From: Deltaproteobacteria bacterium
GTDB lineage: Bacteria > UBA10199 > GCA-002796325 > JACPFF01
DNA: 64,000 bases
NCBI GenBank assembly: GCA_016183065.1
Contig: JACPFF010000017.1
Span: forward strand, 57,550 to 121,549
Reading direction: 5' to 3'
The notes under the pieces were generated by a model. The model ran no database searches and was not told where the DNA came from. It saw only the letters and a program-made list of their open reading frames with translations. Within the stretch, counting starts at the first letter, position 1. Every line of letters begins with the position of its first letter. A program made the position numbers and the translations under genes. Positions 9,821 through 18,896 of the stretch are shown here, piece after piece.

Positions 9821-9882
9821 TCATCCCGTGTCCGTGATGCCGGAATGCCATGACCGAGCGGGGTGTACATGCGTAAAGGGAG

Positions 9883-10116
9883 ATGCCGATGCGACCGAAC
9901 CGCTTACAATCCCAGTGGCAATATATCGAGCGGAAACTGTGTGAGCACTATCCGCGGGTCCCGCGGTCGCTCTGGCGGGCCACGGAGGGGGAACACGAAC
10001 GGATCGTCAGGGTGATCCGGGATACCTATGTGCCGGGCCGCTCCGCCATCACCGTGGAGGCCGAAATTCGCGATCGGCTCAACGAGTGGGTCGCCGAGAT
10101 TGAAGCCCATGTGTGA
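9883..10116 (+). CDS. Small hypothetical protein (77 aa), translationally coupled to downstream slt (ATGTGA overlap)
   Basis: AAGGGAG RBS about 6 nt upstream. Charged helical composition. Stop overlaps the slt start. Confidence 0.4.
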   Translation: MPMRPNRLQSQWQYIERKLCEHYPRVPRSLWRATEGEHERIVRVIRDTYVPGRSAITVEAEIRDRLNEWVAEIEAHV

Positions 10117-12055
10117 ACAATCCGTGCGCCGCTGGTTTTTGTCTCTGACCTTTGCGCTCTGCGCCTGTTCGCATGGCATGTCCCCAACGAAACACCGTGT
10201 ACAAAAAATTTCTGCCGAGGTCCTCGCGACGTTGCATCAACTCGATACGCGGTGGCGTGCCTATGCACCGCATCAACGGGCCTTTATTACCGGGCATACC
10301 CATCTCCTTCGCGGGGAGTATGCCTCGGCACTGCCGTATCTCGAAACAGCGCTCACGAGCTATCCGCAACTGAAAGAGGATATTCTCTACGATATCGCGC
10401 AGAGTGCGCTGCGCAGCGGGGCGCTGACGCGGGCGACATCCGCCGTGTCGGCATTGCTGGGCGAGTTTCCTGAAAGCCGCTGGAGCGCGCCCGCACGCGA
10501 TCTGCAGGTCGAGCTGGCCATGGCCCGTCGCGATTGGGATGGTGCCGCGGCACTGTTGCAGGCCGAACTGGCGATGGCCAGGGATCGCTGGCGGCAGCGC
10601 ACGCTGCGCGAGCAATTGGCGCACCTGGCCGTGGCCCGCGGTGATTCTTCGGCGGCGTCGCAGGCGTATTTTGCCCTCTATACGAGCGCTGAATATCCCG
10701 ACGAGGCACAGCGGGCGCGGGAGGGATTGACCCTGGGGGCGAAAGCGGGCGGTGAAGATCCTGTGCGCCACCTGGATACCGGGGCCCGGCAGGCGTTGGC
10801 GGAACGGTTTCTCCAGCGCGGCCTGGCCGCAGAGGCCGTCGAGGTCTTGCATCCGTTGCGACACGTGCCGTCCTTGTTACTTGCCCGGGCCTATTTTCGA
10901 GCCCGTCGATATGTCGAGGCGGCGGACCTCTATGAGACCTTGTGGAAGCGCGACGGGAGTCTCTCGACGCTGCAGCTCTATGCCACTGCGAGTGCGCGGG
11001 GAGAGCGCACCGACCGGGCCATTGCCTTGCAGCAGGAGATCGCCGAACAGTCGAGTGGCGCCACGCGCCTGCAGGCCCGTGCCAAAGAGGCCTTTCTCTT
11101 TTTAGATAGTGGCCGGTATCGTGAGGCGGCGGAAAAATATCGCCAGTGGGTGGAGAGCGCGCGGCCCGCCAGACTGTCGATCGACCAGCAGTGTGGCGCC
11201 TGGTGGGCGATCGCATGGAGCGAGTATCGGCAGCAGCACTGGCAGGCCGCGCTCGAGGCATTTGATCATCTCACGGCGATTGCGACGGCGCGGGACCGCC
11301 AGTGGCATGCGCGCGTGGCCTATTGGCGGGGGCGCGTACTGGATGCCGCGGGGCAACGAGGGCCCGCGCGGACTGCATGGAAGGCGCTCGCACGGACGGC
11401 GGCCGGGACCTATTATGGCACCCTGGCCGCGGCCCGTGTGAAAGGACGCAAAGGCGTCGAGACCCTTTTCCGGCACCAGTCCCCTGCGGTGCACGATATG
11501 GGCCCGATGGAGGTCATGGGAGATACCACGTCTGCACAGGTTCGCGAGCTCGATGCCTTGGGGCTGTGGGATGCGGCCATCGAAGCGTTTGATCACCAGG
11601 TGCGTCCGGTCCAGTTTCGTCCGCATCATCAGCAGGCCATTGCTCGGCTCGGCGCACTGTGGGGGATCGATCCGGCACTCGTGGAACGGCTCATTTGGCA
11701 GGAGTCGGCGAATCGTCCGTTGGTCGTGTCACCGGCAGGGGCGATCGGGTTGATGCAGTTGATCCCCACGACAGCCTACGCGATGGCCCGTGAATTGCGG
11801 CAAGAGCCCTTCCGCGTCGAGGCCCTCTTCCGTCCGCTCCCGAATCTGCAATTGGGGATGTGGTATCTCCGCACACTCCTCACGCGGTATGATGGAGCCT
11901 TGCCGTATGTCCTGGCCAGTTACAACGCCGGGGAGGCGGCCGTCGATCGCTGGCGCCGCACTCGCACCGGTCACGATCTGGAAGAGTTTATCGAGACCAT
12001 TCCGTATCGCGAGACGCGGCAGTATGTCATGCGCATCCTGCAGCAATATTGGTAA
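10109..12055 (+). CDS. slt: Soluble lytic murein transglycosylase (Slt family) with N-terminal superhelical/TPR-like domain, lipoprotein signal
   Basis: SLT-domain motifs GLMQLIPTTA and YNAGEAAVDRW. Lipobox LTFALCAC from the ATG at 10109. Confidence 0.8.
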   Translation: MCEQSVRRWFLSLTFALCACSHGMSPTKHRVQKISAEVLATLHQLDTRWRAYAPHQRAFITGHTHLLRGEYASALPYLETALTSYPQLKEDILYDIAQSALRSGALTRATSAVSALLGEFPESRWSAPARDLQVELAMARRDWDGAAALLQAELAMARDRWRQRTLREQLAHLAVARGDSSAASQAYFALYTSAEYPDEAQRAREGLTLGAKAGGEDPVRHLDTGARQALAERFLQRGLAAEAVEVLHPLRHVPSLLLARAYFRARRYVEAADLYETLWKRDGSLSTLQLYATASARGERTDRAIALQQEIAEQSSGATRLQARAKEAFLFLDSGRYREAAEKYRQWVESARPARLSIDQQCGAWWAIAWSEYRQQHWQAALEAFDHLTAIATARDRQWHARVAYWRGRVLDAAGQRGPARTAWKALARTAAGTYYGTLAAARVKGRKGVETLFRHQSPAVHDMGPMEVMGDTTSAQVRELDALGLWDAAIEAFDHQVRPVQFRPHHQQAIARLGALWGIDPALVERLIWQESANRPLVVSPAGAIGLMQLIPTTAYAMARELRQEPFRVEALFRPLPNLQLGMWYLRTLLTRYDGALPYVLASYNAGEAAVDRWRRTRTGHDLEEFIETIPYRETRQYVMRILQQYW

Positions 12056-12084
12056 GGGCCGGTTCGACCCGTGTTCGCCGGAGA

Positions 12085-12116
12085 GATTCCCACGGACAAG
12101 CCCGTGGGAATCTTTC
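12085..12116 (+). terminator. Rho-independent terminator-like hairpin downstream of slt
   Basis: GATTCCCACGG-acaag-CCGTGGGAATC 11-bp stem followed by TTTCA. Confidence 0.5.
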
Positions 12117-12185
12117 ACCCGGCTTGACTCTCTCAGAGAGTTCTTTTATGGTGCGTCAACTTTTCCTGAGTACATGCAATCTACA

Positions 12186-12250
12186 GTACCATAAGTATTT
12201 CTAACGTTTAATGAGCACGTTTGTGCTCGTTAAACGTTGAAATACTATAG
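12186..12250. repeat. AT-rich 65-nt imperfect palindrome (long hairpin), copy 1 of 2
   Basis: AGTATTTCTAACGTTTAATGAGCAC-gttt-GTGCTCGTTAAACGTTGAAATACT. About 90% identical to the reverse complement of 32519-32583. Confidence 0.7.
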
Positions 12251-12276
12251 CGGTGCACTGGCTCAAGGGAGGTCCC

Positions 12277-12897
12277 ATGCCGTTTTTGCCCAAATCGTTC
12301 GATTTTTATTCCGGCTTTGAACAGCTCAGCACGAAGATGACCGAGGCGGCAGAAGAGTTGATCGTCCTCTTGCGCAACGGGACGGTCAATGGCGAGCAGC
12401 ATGTGAAACAGCTCAAGACCATTGAAAATGAGGCGGACCACATTGCCCACGAGGCCCTGGAACGGCTCAACAAGACCTTCATCACCCCGCTCGATCGCGA
12501 GGATATCCACGGTCTGGTCACAGCGCTCGACGATGTGGTCGATCTGATCTTTGCCTGCGGGGGGCGTTTCCTGATCTATCGGCCAAATTATCTCCATCCA
12601 GCCGTGATCCCCATGGCGGAATTCATCCGCAATGCGACGAAGGAGATCTATAATGCCATCCACGGAATGCGCAATACGAGTCATCGGCGTCAGGTCTTGA
12701 CGCATTGCATTGAGGTGAATCGCATTGAAAATAGCGCGGACGACCAGGTGCGCGAGGGATTGAAAGATCTGTTTGCCAATGAAAAGGACCCGATCGAATT
12801 GATCAAGATCAAGGAAGTCCTCGAAATGCTCGAAGAGACGAACGACGCGTGTGAAGATGTTGCCCATCGCATTGAGGGGATTGTGCTGAAGAATTAA
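12277..12897 (+). CDS. DUF47 family protein (PhoU-like phosphate-transport-regulator-related, TIGR00153-like)
   Basis: GGGAGG RBS 7 nt before ATG 12277. Characteristic DUF47 N-terminus PFLPKSFDFYSGFEQL. Confidence 0.65.
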   Translation: MPFLPKSFDFYSGFEQLSTKMTEAAEELIVLLRNGTVNGEQHVKQLKTIENEADHIAHEALERLNKTFITPLDREDIHGLVTALDDVVDLIFACGGRFLIYRPNYLHPAVIPMAEFIRNATKEIYNAIHGMRNTSHRRQVLTHCIEVNRIENSADDQVREGLKDLFANEKDPIELIKIKEVLEMLEETNDACEDVAHRIEGIVLKN

Positions 12898-12909
12898 CAG
12901 GCTGTCCGG

Positions 12910-14067
12910 TTACACCTTCGCATGGGGGTCGAACAGGCGGCGGTGTTCGTCGAAGGCGAAGCGATCGGTCATGCCGGCGATGTAATCGCAGATGTGCCGT
13001 TCTTTTTGCTGATCGGCGACAATCCGTTCATAGAATTCTCTCGGGAGCATCCGGGCATTGTTCTGAAAGGCGTAAAAAAGGTCTTCGATGGTCCGCTTCG
13101 CTTTTTCGGCCATGCGCACCACGCGATAATGGCGATAGAGGTGCTCGAAGAGGAACTGTTTTAAGGCCGTCAGTTCTGCACTAAAGGGGGCACTGAACGC
13201 CGCAATTTGATCCCCACGCTCGCGGACATCGGCCACGGTCTGGATGGCATGTGCATTGAGACGCCGCTCTGTTTCCCGCAACATGTCCTCGATGCATTGT
13301 TTAATGAGCCGTCGCACGACCTGATGCCGGATGACCTTCGGGATTGCGGTCGGGAATTCCCGCCCCACGTCCTCGTAGCAGGTCTGCCAGAGTGACACGT
13401 GATCCAGGAGATCGTAGGTCAACATGCCCGACTGCAGCCCATCGTCGAGATCGTGATTGGTGTAGGCGATCTCGTCGGCAAGATTGACAATCTGTGATTC
13501 AAGGCTCGGATATCCCTGATAATCAAAATCAGGGATGCCCCGTGGTGCATCATATTCGCCGGCATGTTTGACGATCCCCTCAAGGACCTCAAAACTCAAG
13601 TTCAATCCTGTGTAATCGGGATATCGTTGCTCCAACAGGGTCACCACACGATAACTTTGATGGTTGTGCTCGAATCCATTGCAGTCGGCCATGAGTGCGT
13701 GCATGGCCTCTTCGCCGGCATGACCAAATGGTGTGTGCCCCAAATCATGGGAGAGCGCGATGGTTTCCGCGAGGTCTTCATTCAGTTGCAGTGAGCGACA
13801 AATGGCGCGCGAAATTTGTGCGACCTCGAGACTATGCGTGAGACGCGTGCGATAATAATCGCCCTCATGATTCACGAAGACCTGCGTCTTGTATTCCAGG
13901 CGTCGAAAGGCGCTCGAGTGGATGATGCGATCGCGATCACGCTGAAAGATCGTTCGATAGGGATCCTCGGGGGTGGCAATCTGTCGTCCGCGCGACTCGC
14001 AGGCCCGTGCGGCATAGGGGGCGAGGAGCGTGACCTCATGCCGCTCGAATTGTTCGCGGGTCAACAT
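12910..14067 (-). CDS. dgt: dGTP triphosphohydrolase-like HD-domain protein
   Basis: HD motifs HSLEVAQISR and SHDLGHTPFGHAGE. Typical dGTPase N-terminus. Confidence 0.8.
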   Translation of the reverse strand: MLTREQFERHEVTLLAPYAARACESRGRQIATPEDPYRTIFQRDRDRIIHSSAFRRLEYKTQVFVNHEGDYYRTRLTHSLEVAQISRAICRSLQLNEDLAETIALSHDLGHTPFGHAGEEAMHALMADCNGFEHNHQSYRVVTLLEQRYPDYTGLNLSFEVLEGIVKHAGEYDAPRGIPDFDYQGYPSLESQIVNLADEIAYTNHDLDDGLQSGMLTYDLLDHVSLWQTCYEDVGREFPTAIPKVIRHQVVRRLIKQCIEDMLRETERRLNAHAIQTVADVRERGDQIAAFSAPFSAELTALKQFLFEHLYRHYRVVRMAEKAKRTIEDLFYAFQNNARMLPREFYERIVADQQKERHICDYIAGMTDRFAFDEHRRLFDPHAKV

Positions 14068-14081
14068 CGTCTCTTCCCCGA

Positions 14082-14195
14082 CTATTGGAGGGGCTCACGT
14101 CGCCCCCTCCAGCGGCAAAGCCGCTGGAGCCTCCCCTTCAACGCCGCGATGCGGCTGGGTCGTGGGGCCCCACTCCCTTCCGATTGTCGCTATCG
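14082..14195. repeat. GC-rich multi-hairpin palindromic element, copy A (REP/RPE/MITE-like family)
   Basis: CTATTGGAGGGGCTCACGTCGCCCCCTCC / CTCCAGCGG-CAAAG-CCGCTGGAG / GTGGGGCCCCAC. Shares 5' end and hairpin architecture with copies at 19343 and 40954. Confidence 0.7.
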
Positions 14196-14945
14196 GATGC
14201 CCCATGCCTTGTGCATCTGTCGTCCGATCTTACTCCCGGGGAGCCATTGTTGGCAATGCCGGAGGAAATCGACCATCTGTGGTTCTGCGGGAGATGCCGA
14301 GTGCGACGGGGTCTCCGAGCAATATTGCAAATAGGTGGGGAGTGTCGGATCGCTTGATGCAATCATCTGTGCCGCGATTGCGAGGTCTTCCATCGTGCTC
14401 TTCGCATCGAGCACAATTTTGATATACGCCGCGACGTGACTGGTATGGAGAGTCTCCAGAAAGGCGCGATGCTGGGACCAGTAGGCGCGCATGCCCGTGG
14501 ACGAGGGGAGCTTGATATCCATGCTGACCAGATGGACCCATGGGAGGACCCGTTGCAGTGGTTGCGCGAGGACGCCCGAGGTTTCCAGGAGATACTGTTT
14601 TCCGACCGGACCATTGGGGAGCCAGCGCTCAAGGAAGGCGGCCTGTTCCAGCGGTTCGCCACCGGTCAGTGCGATCCACTCGGCTGGATAGGAGTGGAGC
14701 ATGGCCGTCAGTGCAGTCGCCGTGAAAGGGTTGGGATAGGCGTCCCGCGCATCGCCACCCGCTGGCAGACTCACCTGACAGGTGTCGATGTGGTGCGAGA
14801 GGGCATTCGGTGTATCGCACCAGCGACAGCGGAGCGCACACCCCTGAAAACGGACAAAGGTCATCGGCGTGCCGGTCAAGGGCCCTTCGCCCTGCAGCGA
14901 GGGAAAGACTTCATGGAGGATGGCCGTATGGTCCATGGGCATCAC
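14190..14945 (-). CDS. queE: 7-carboxy-7-deazaguanine synthase (radical SAM)
   Basis: Radical-SAM FVRFQGCALRCRWCDT motif and QueE-like N-terminus. Confidence 0.8.
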   Translation of the reverse strand: MMPMDHTAILHEVFPSLQGEGPLTGTPMTFVRFQGCALRCRWCDTPNALSHHIDTCQVSLPAGGDARDAYPNPFTATALTAMLHSYPAEWIALTGGEPLEQAAFLERWLPNGPVGKQYLLETSGVLAQPLQRVLPWVHLVSMDIKLPSSTGMRAYWSQHRAFLETLHTSHVAAYIKIVLDAKSTMEDLAIAAQMIASSDPTLPTYLQYCSETPSHSASPAEPQMVDFLRHCQQWLPGSKIGRQMHKAWGIR

Positions 14946-15138
14946 CTCACAGGGGCCTCATAGCAAGGGCAGTCAGCGCTTCTTCGCGCGACATCCTCTC
15001 CGCAGGATGCATCCGCCACATCCGCCGTGGAGGCTCTCGCGCCATTCGCGACGAAACGCCCGCAGGAGATACCATCCGGCCATCCCGGAAATCACCAGTG
15101 CGAAGAGTTGCTGCCAGTCAAAGGGGTTCATCCGTGTC

Positions 15139-17298
15139 TCATCCCAAGAACCATTCAGTGGCGCGATACGTCAGGAAGGCCGCCCCATAGGCCAATATCG
15201 TCATGTACCCAAACGTGAGCCAGGCATATTGCCAGGAGTTTGTCTCGCGCCGGATAGTGGCCACGGTGGCGCCGCACTGGCAGCAGAGGGCAAAAAAGAC
15301 CATAATGGAGAGCGCAACCGGGATCGAAAAGACCAGTCGACCATCGGGCCAGTGGGCCGTGCGCAACGCACTCTGCAGGCCGGCGGATGTTTCATCCACG
15401 GCATCGCCCAGATTGTAGATCGTCCCCAGCACCGCAATAATCACCTCGCGAGCGGGAAAAGAGGCCAAGGTCGCCATGCCAATGCGCCAATCCCATCCCA
15501 ATGGTTTTACCACAGGTTCAATCCACTGGCCGAGGTGGCCCATGGCGCTTGCCCGGAGATAGGCGCCCGCCTCTTCACGGTCGATGCGGGCCAACTCGGC
15601 CGCCGCCTCTGCAGGATGATGCAGGACCGCTGTGGCAACCCGTTGGCCGGCATATTTCTGCGCAATCCCCGCCGGTCGCGGGAAATACGACAGTGCCCAC
15701 ACCACGATCGTCATGGCAAAGATGATAGTGCCGGCACGCCGCACAAAGGCCATGCCTCGCTCATAGACGCGATGCCCCACGAGTGACAGCGAGGGCCACT
15801 TGTAGGGCGGGAGCTCCATGACAAACGCCGGGGTCGCCGCACGAAAGAGCGTCCGTTTCAGGAGCCAGATCACGGGAATCGCCACGAAGAGGCCGATGGA
15901 ATAGGCAGCGAAGAGGACGATTCCCTGCAATCCCAACCATCCGCCGAGATACGCGTGGGCGGGAATAAAGGCGGCGATGAGGATCGTATAGACCGGTAAT
16001 CGCGCGGAACAGCTCATGAGCGGGGCCACCATGATGGTCACGAGCCGGTCACGCCGGTCTTCAATCGTCCGCGTCGCCATGATGCCGGGGATGGCGCAGG
16101 CAAAACTCGAGAGGAGTGGAATGAAAGATTTGCCCGAGAGCCCGAGGCGCGAGAGCAACCGATCCATCAGGAAGGCCGCGCGGGCCATGTATCCGCAGTC
16201 TTCCATGATTGCGATAAAGAGAAAGAGGAAAAGAATCTGGGGGAGAAAAACCAGGACACTCCCGACGCCGCCGATGATGCCATCGACAATGAGGCTGCGC
16301 AGGGCCCCTCTTGGGAGATAGGCGCCGATAGTGGTTCCGAGGGTGCCGAAGAGCCAGTCGATACAATCCATAAGCGGGCCGGCCCAGGCGTAAATCGATT
16401 GAAAGACGAGAATCGTTACCATGGAGAACGTGAGGGTCCCCCATATTTTATGGGTCAACACCGCATCGAGGCGATCGCTCCAGCTCTTGGTGCGTACGGC
16501 TGGTGTTGCGACGACATCCCGCAAGAGTTGGCGAATCCACGTGTAGCGACTGGACGCCTCGATGGCTGCCAGCGATGTGCCGTTGGCGGCCGTGCGGCGC
16601 CATTCGGCCAGACGGTCGGCACACTCTGGACAACGCTGGAGATACCGCTGCGCCGCATAGCCTTCTGTATCGACCAACACCCGCAGGGCCTCGACCGCGG
16701 AAAGCTCTGCCGTCTCGGCAACCGCGGCCTGCGCCGTTGCCAGTGCCGCAGGCAATGTCAGCGGGGTCACTGGCGGAGTCGGCAGGGGGGGAGGCAACTG
16801 GCAGAGCACCTGGAGGACGTCCCGGATTCCCTCGCCCGTGCGGGCACAGGTCTCCACAACCGGGACGCCGAGCCGTGCACTGAGACGCCGCACGTCGATC
16901 CGGATCCCGCTTTTGCGGGCGGCATCGATCATGTTGAGGACGACCAGTATCGGGAGACCGCACTCGAGGATCTGCGAGAGGAGATAGCAATTGCGCTGCA
17001 GATTGGTGGCATCGAGGATGACAATGACGCCGTCAATCGGCGCGCTGCCGGACTGCTGCCCCAGGAGGAGATCGACCGCGATCATTTCATCCGGAGATTG
17101 GGCGGCAAGGCTGTAGGTCCCCGGCAGATCGATCAGTTCAATGGCACTTCCCTGGAGCGGGATCGTCCCCGATTTGCGTTCCACCGTGACCCCGGGATAA
17201 TTGCCGACGCGCTGTCGCAGCCCGGTCAGGGCATTGAAGAGTGTCGTCTTTCCGGTATTGGGATTGCCGATGAGGGCAATCGTTTTCTGCAGACTCAT
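15139..17298 (-). CDS. feoB: Ferrous iron transporter FeoB (G-protein domain plus membrane permease)
   Basis: GNPNTGKTTLFNALTG P-loop. Long polytopic C-terminal domain. ATGA overlap with upstream feoA. Confidence 0.9.
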   Translation of the reverse strand: MSLQKTIALIGNPNTGKTTLFNALTGLRQRVGNYPGVTVERKSGTIPLQGSAIELIDLPGTYSLAAQSPDEMIAVDLLLGQQSGSAPIDGVIVILDATNLQRNCYLLSQILECGLPILVVLNMIDAARKSGIRIDVRRLSARLGVPVVETCARTGEGIRDVLQVLCQLPPPLPTPPVTPLTLPAALATAQAAVAETAELSAVEALRVLVDTEGYAAQRYLQRCPECADRLAEWRRTAANGTSLAAIEASSRYTWIRQLLRDVVATPAVRTKSWSDRLDAVLTHKIWGTLTFSMVTILVFQSIYAWAGPLMDCIDWLFGTLGTTIGAYLPRGALRSLIVDGIIGGVGSVLVFLPQILFLFLFIAIMEDCGYMARAAFLMDRLLSRLGLSGKSFIPLLSSFACAIPGIMATRTIEDRRDRLVTIMVAPLMSCSARLPVYTILIAAFIPAHAYLGGWLGLQGIVLFAAYSIGLFVAIPVIWLLKRTLFRAATPAFVMELPPYKWPSLSLVGHRVYERGMAFVRRAGTIIFAMTIVVWALSYFPRPAGIAQKYAGQRVATAVLHHPAEAAAELARIDREEAGAYLRASAMGHLGQWIEPVVKPLGWDWRIGMATLASFPAREVIIAVLGTIYNLGDAVDETSAGLQSALRTAHWPDGRLVFSIPVALSIMVFFALCCQCGATVATIRRETNSWQYAWLTFGYMTILAYGAAFLTYRATEWFLG

Positions 17299-17519
17299 GC
17301 GAGACTCACATGCGCGGCATCCCGCTTGCGCAGTGAGAGATGATATCCATCCAGGAGGATATCGATGGGATCTCCGAGGGGGGCATAGCGGACCACTTCA
17401 CATGTGGCACCGGGGACCATCCCCATTTCTGCCAAGCGCTGGGTCACGGCTGAATCGCCATGGATCGCTTCCACGATTCCCCGTTCTCCCGGGCGCAGTG
17501 TGTTGAGTCGTTTTGTCAT
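17295..17519 (-). CDS. feoA: FeoA-domain protein
   Basis: About 75-aa SH3-like FeoA fold sequence (RPGERGIVEAIHGDSAVTQRLAEMG). Start chosen at internal Met. ORF track extends to 17591. Confidence 0.7.
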   Translation of the reverse strand: MTKRLNTLRPGERGIVEAIHGDSAVTQRLAEMGMVPGATCEVVRYAPLGDPIDILLDGYHLSLRKRDAAHVSLA

Positions 17520-17529
17520 GGGACCTGGG

Positions 17530-17772
17530 TTACTCAGCGCGGAGCACGGTGATGGTGCTCGCGTCATCATCGCGCAGACACAAGCGCGCATTCCCGATTT
17601 CCACGAGCATGGGTGTGCCGCGGCGGATCATCGTGATCGCCTCGCCCTCCGTGAGGCCGAGCTCGGCAAGACGGGCGGTCAGTGACGAATGACAGGCGTT
17701 CGTCAACACGATGCCGTGCTCTCCATCGACCATGTCATGTAAGGGGACTCTATTCATACGGTTGTCAGACAT
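17530..17772 (-). CDS. feoA: FeoA-domain protein (second copy)
   Basis: VDGEHGIVLTNACHSSLTARLAELGLTEGEAITMIRRG FeoA pattern. Confidence 0.7.
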   Translation of the reverse strand: MSDNRMNRVPLHDMVDGEHGIVLTNACHSSLTARLAELGLTEGEAITMIRRGTPMLVEIGNARLCLRDDDASTITVLRAE

Positions 17773-17794
17773 ATCTAACAGTTGTCCATGCTGT

Positions 17795-17870
17795 CAAGGA
17801 GAAGTCGGCAAAAATTTAAATTTATAACCATATGAATATATTCGTTTTTATCTCCTATTGACAAATGGGT
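17795..17870. promoter_or_regulatory. AT-rich divergent promoter region between feoA-feoA-feoB and sodA with partial palindrome (possible Fur-box-like site)
   Basis: AAATTTAAATTTATAACCATATGAATATATTCGTTTTTATC. AT-rich island in a GC-rich genome. Imperfect dyad around CATATG. Confidence 0.3.
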
Positions 17871-17927
17871 CTGCTGTGGAGGAGAAGAGGCCTTCATCAC
17901 AGGCATTGGAGCACAAAGGAGGAGACG

Positions 17928-18545
17928 ATGAGTCATCGACTGCCAGATTTGCCCTACGATTTTGGGGCCCTCGAGCCACACATCGATGCGAGGACGATGG
18001 AGGTCCATCATGGCAAGCATCATAAGGCCTATGTCGACAAATTGAATGCCGCACTCGAAAGCGGTGGCCCACAATGGCAGGACAAGCCCGTCGAGGCCTT
18101 GCTGAAAGAGATTGGCGCTGTGCCTGAGGGGATTCGCACGGCGGTACGCAATCATGGGGGCGGTCATGCCAATCACGCGCTCTTTTGGCAGATCATGTCC
18201 AAGCATGGCGGTGGCGAGCCGGGTGGGCCGTTGGCAGATGCCATCAAGGCGACGTGGGGGGATTTTCCGCATTTTCAAAAATTCTTCGCTGACACCGCCA
18301 CGAATCGCTTTGGGAGCGGGTGGGCCTGGTTGGTCGTGGCCTCTGGCAAAAAGCTCGAGTGCTATTCCACGGCCAACCAGGACAGCCCATGGATGGATGG
18401 CAAGGTCCCGTTGCTGGGCCTCGATGTCTGGGAGCACGCCTATTATTTGAAATATCAAAGTCGCCGCCCCGAATATATTACCGCATGGTGGCATGTGGTG
18501 AACTGGCAGAAAGTCGGCGAACTGTACGCGCAGGCGGCGAAATAG
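17928..18545 (+). CDS. sodA: Fe/Mn superoxide dismutase
   Basis: [49 protein letters not shown] canonical SOD N-terminus. DVWEHAYY C-terminal motif. Confidence 0.9.
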   Translation: MSHRLPDLPYDFGALEPHIDARTMEVHHGKHHKAYVDKLNAALESGGPQWQDKPVEALLKEIGAVPEGIRTAVRNHGGGHANHALFWQIMSKHGGGEPGGPLADAIKATWGDFPHFQKFFADTATNRFGSGWAWLVVASGKKLECYSTANQDSPWMDGKVPLLGLDVWEHAYYLKYQSRRPEYITAWWHVVNWQKVGELYAQAAK

Positions 18546-18563
18546 TCATACTATAAGGATGGG

Positions 18564-18896
18564 ATGCAGGTTGTCACCATGATCACGGTCGATCCGGTTG
18601 CCGCAGCAAAGGCAAAAGAGATATTGGCGCAGATTGGGAAACCCAATATCCGCATTGTCGTGCTGTCAGGTGGGTGTTCGGGACTCGAATACAAGGTGGA
18701 ACCCGCCGACATGCCTACGGCCGAGGACTTGGTGTTTGAGGCCAACGGCTTTCAGGTGCTCGTCGAACGGCGAAGCGTTATCTACGTGGCCGGCTCAACA
18801 CTCACCTATCAATCCTCCCTCATGCAATCCAAATTTGTCCTCGTGAATCCGAATGCGAGGGCCACATGTTCGTGTGGCGATTCATTTTCCGTGTAG
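18564..18896 (+). CDS. erpA: Iron-sulfur cluster insertion protein (IscA/ErpA/HesB family)
   Basis: C-terminal CSCGDSF motif plus conserved Cys in GGCSG. Possible alternative start at 18579. Confidence 0.8.
   Translation: MQVVTMITVDPVAAAKAKEILAQIGKPNIRIVVLSGGCSGLEYKVEPADMPTAEDLVFEANGFQVLVERRSVIYVAGSTLTYQSSLMQSKFVLVNPNARATCSCGDSFSV

Noticed and set aside
14869-15786. Plus-strand ORF 14869-15786 and 16399-17343 between or over queE and feoB
   Set aside because: Antisense to feoB and queE. Pro/Arg-rich. FeoB homology on the opposite strand is unambiguous.
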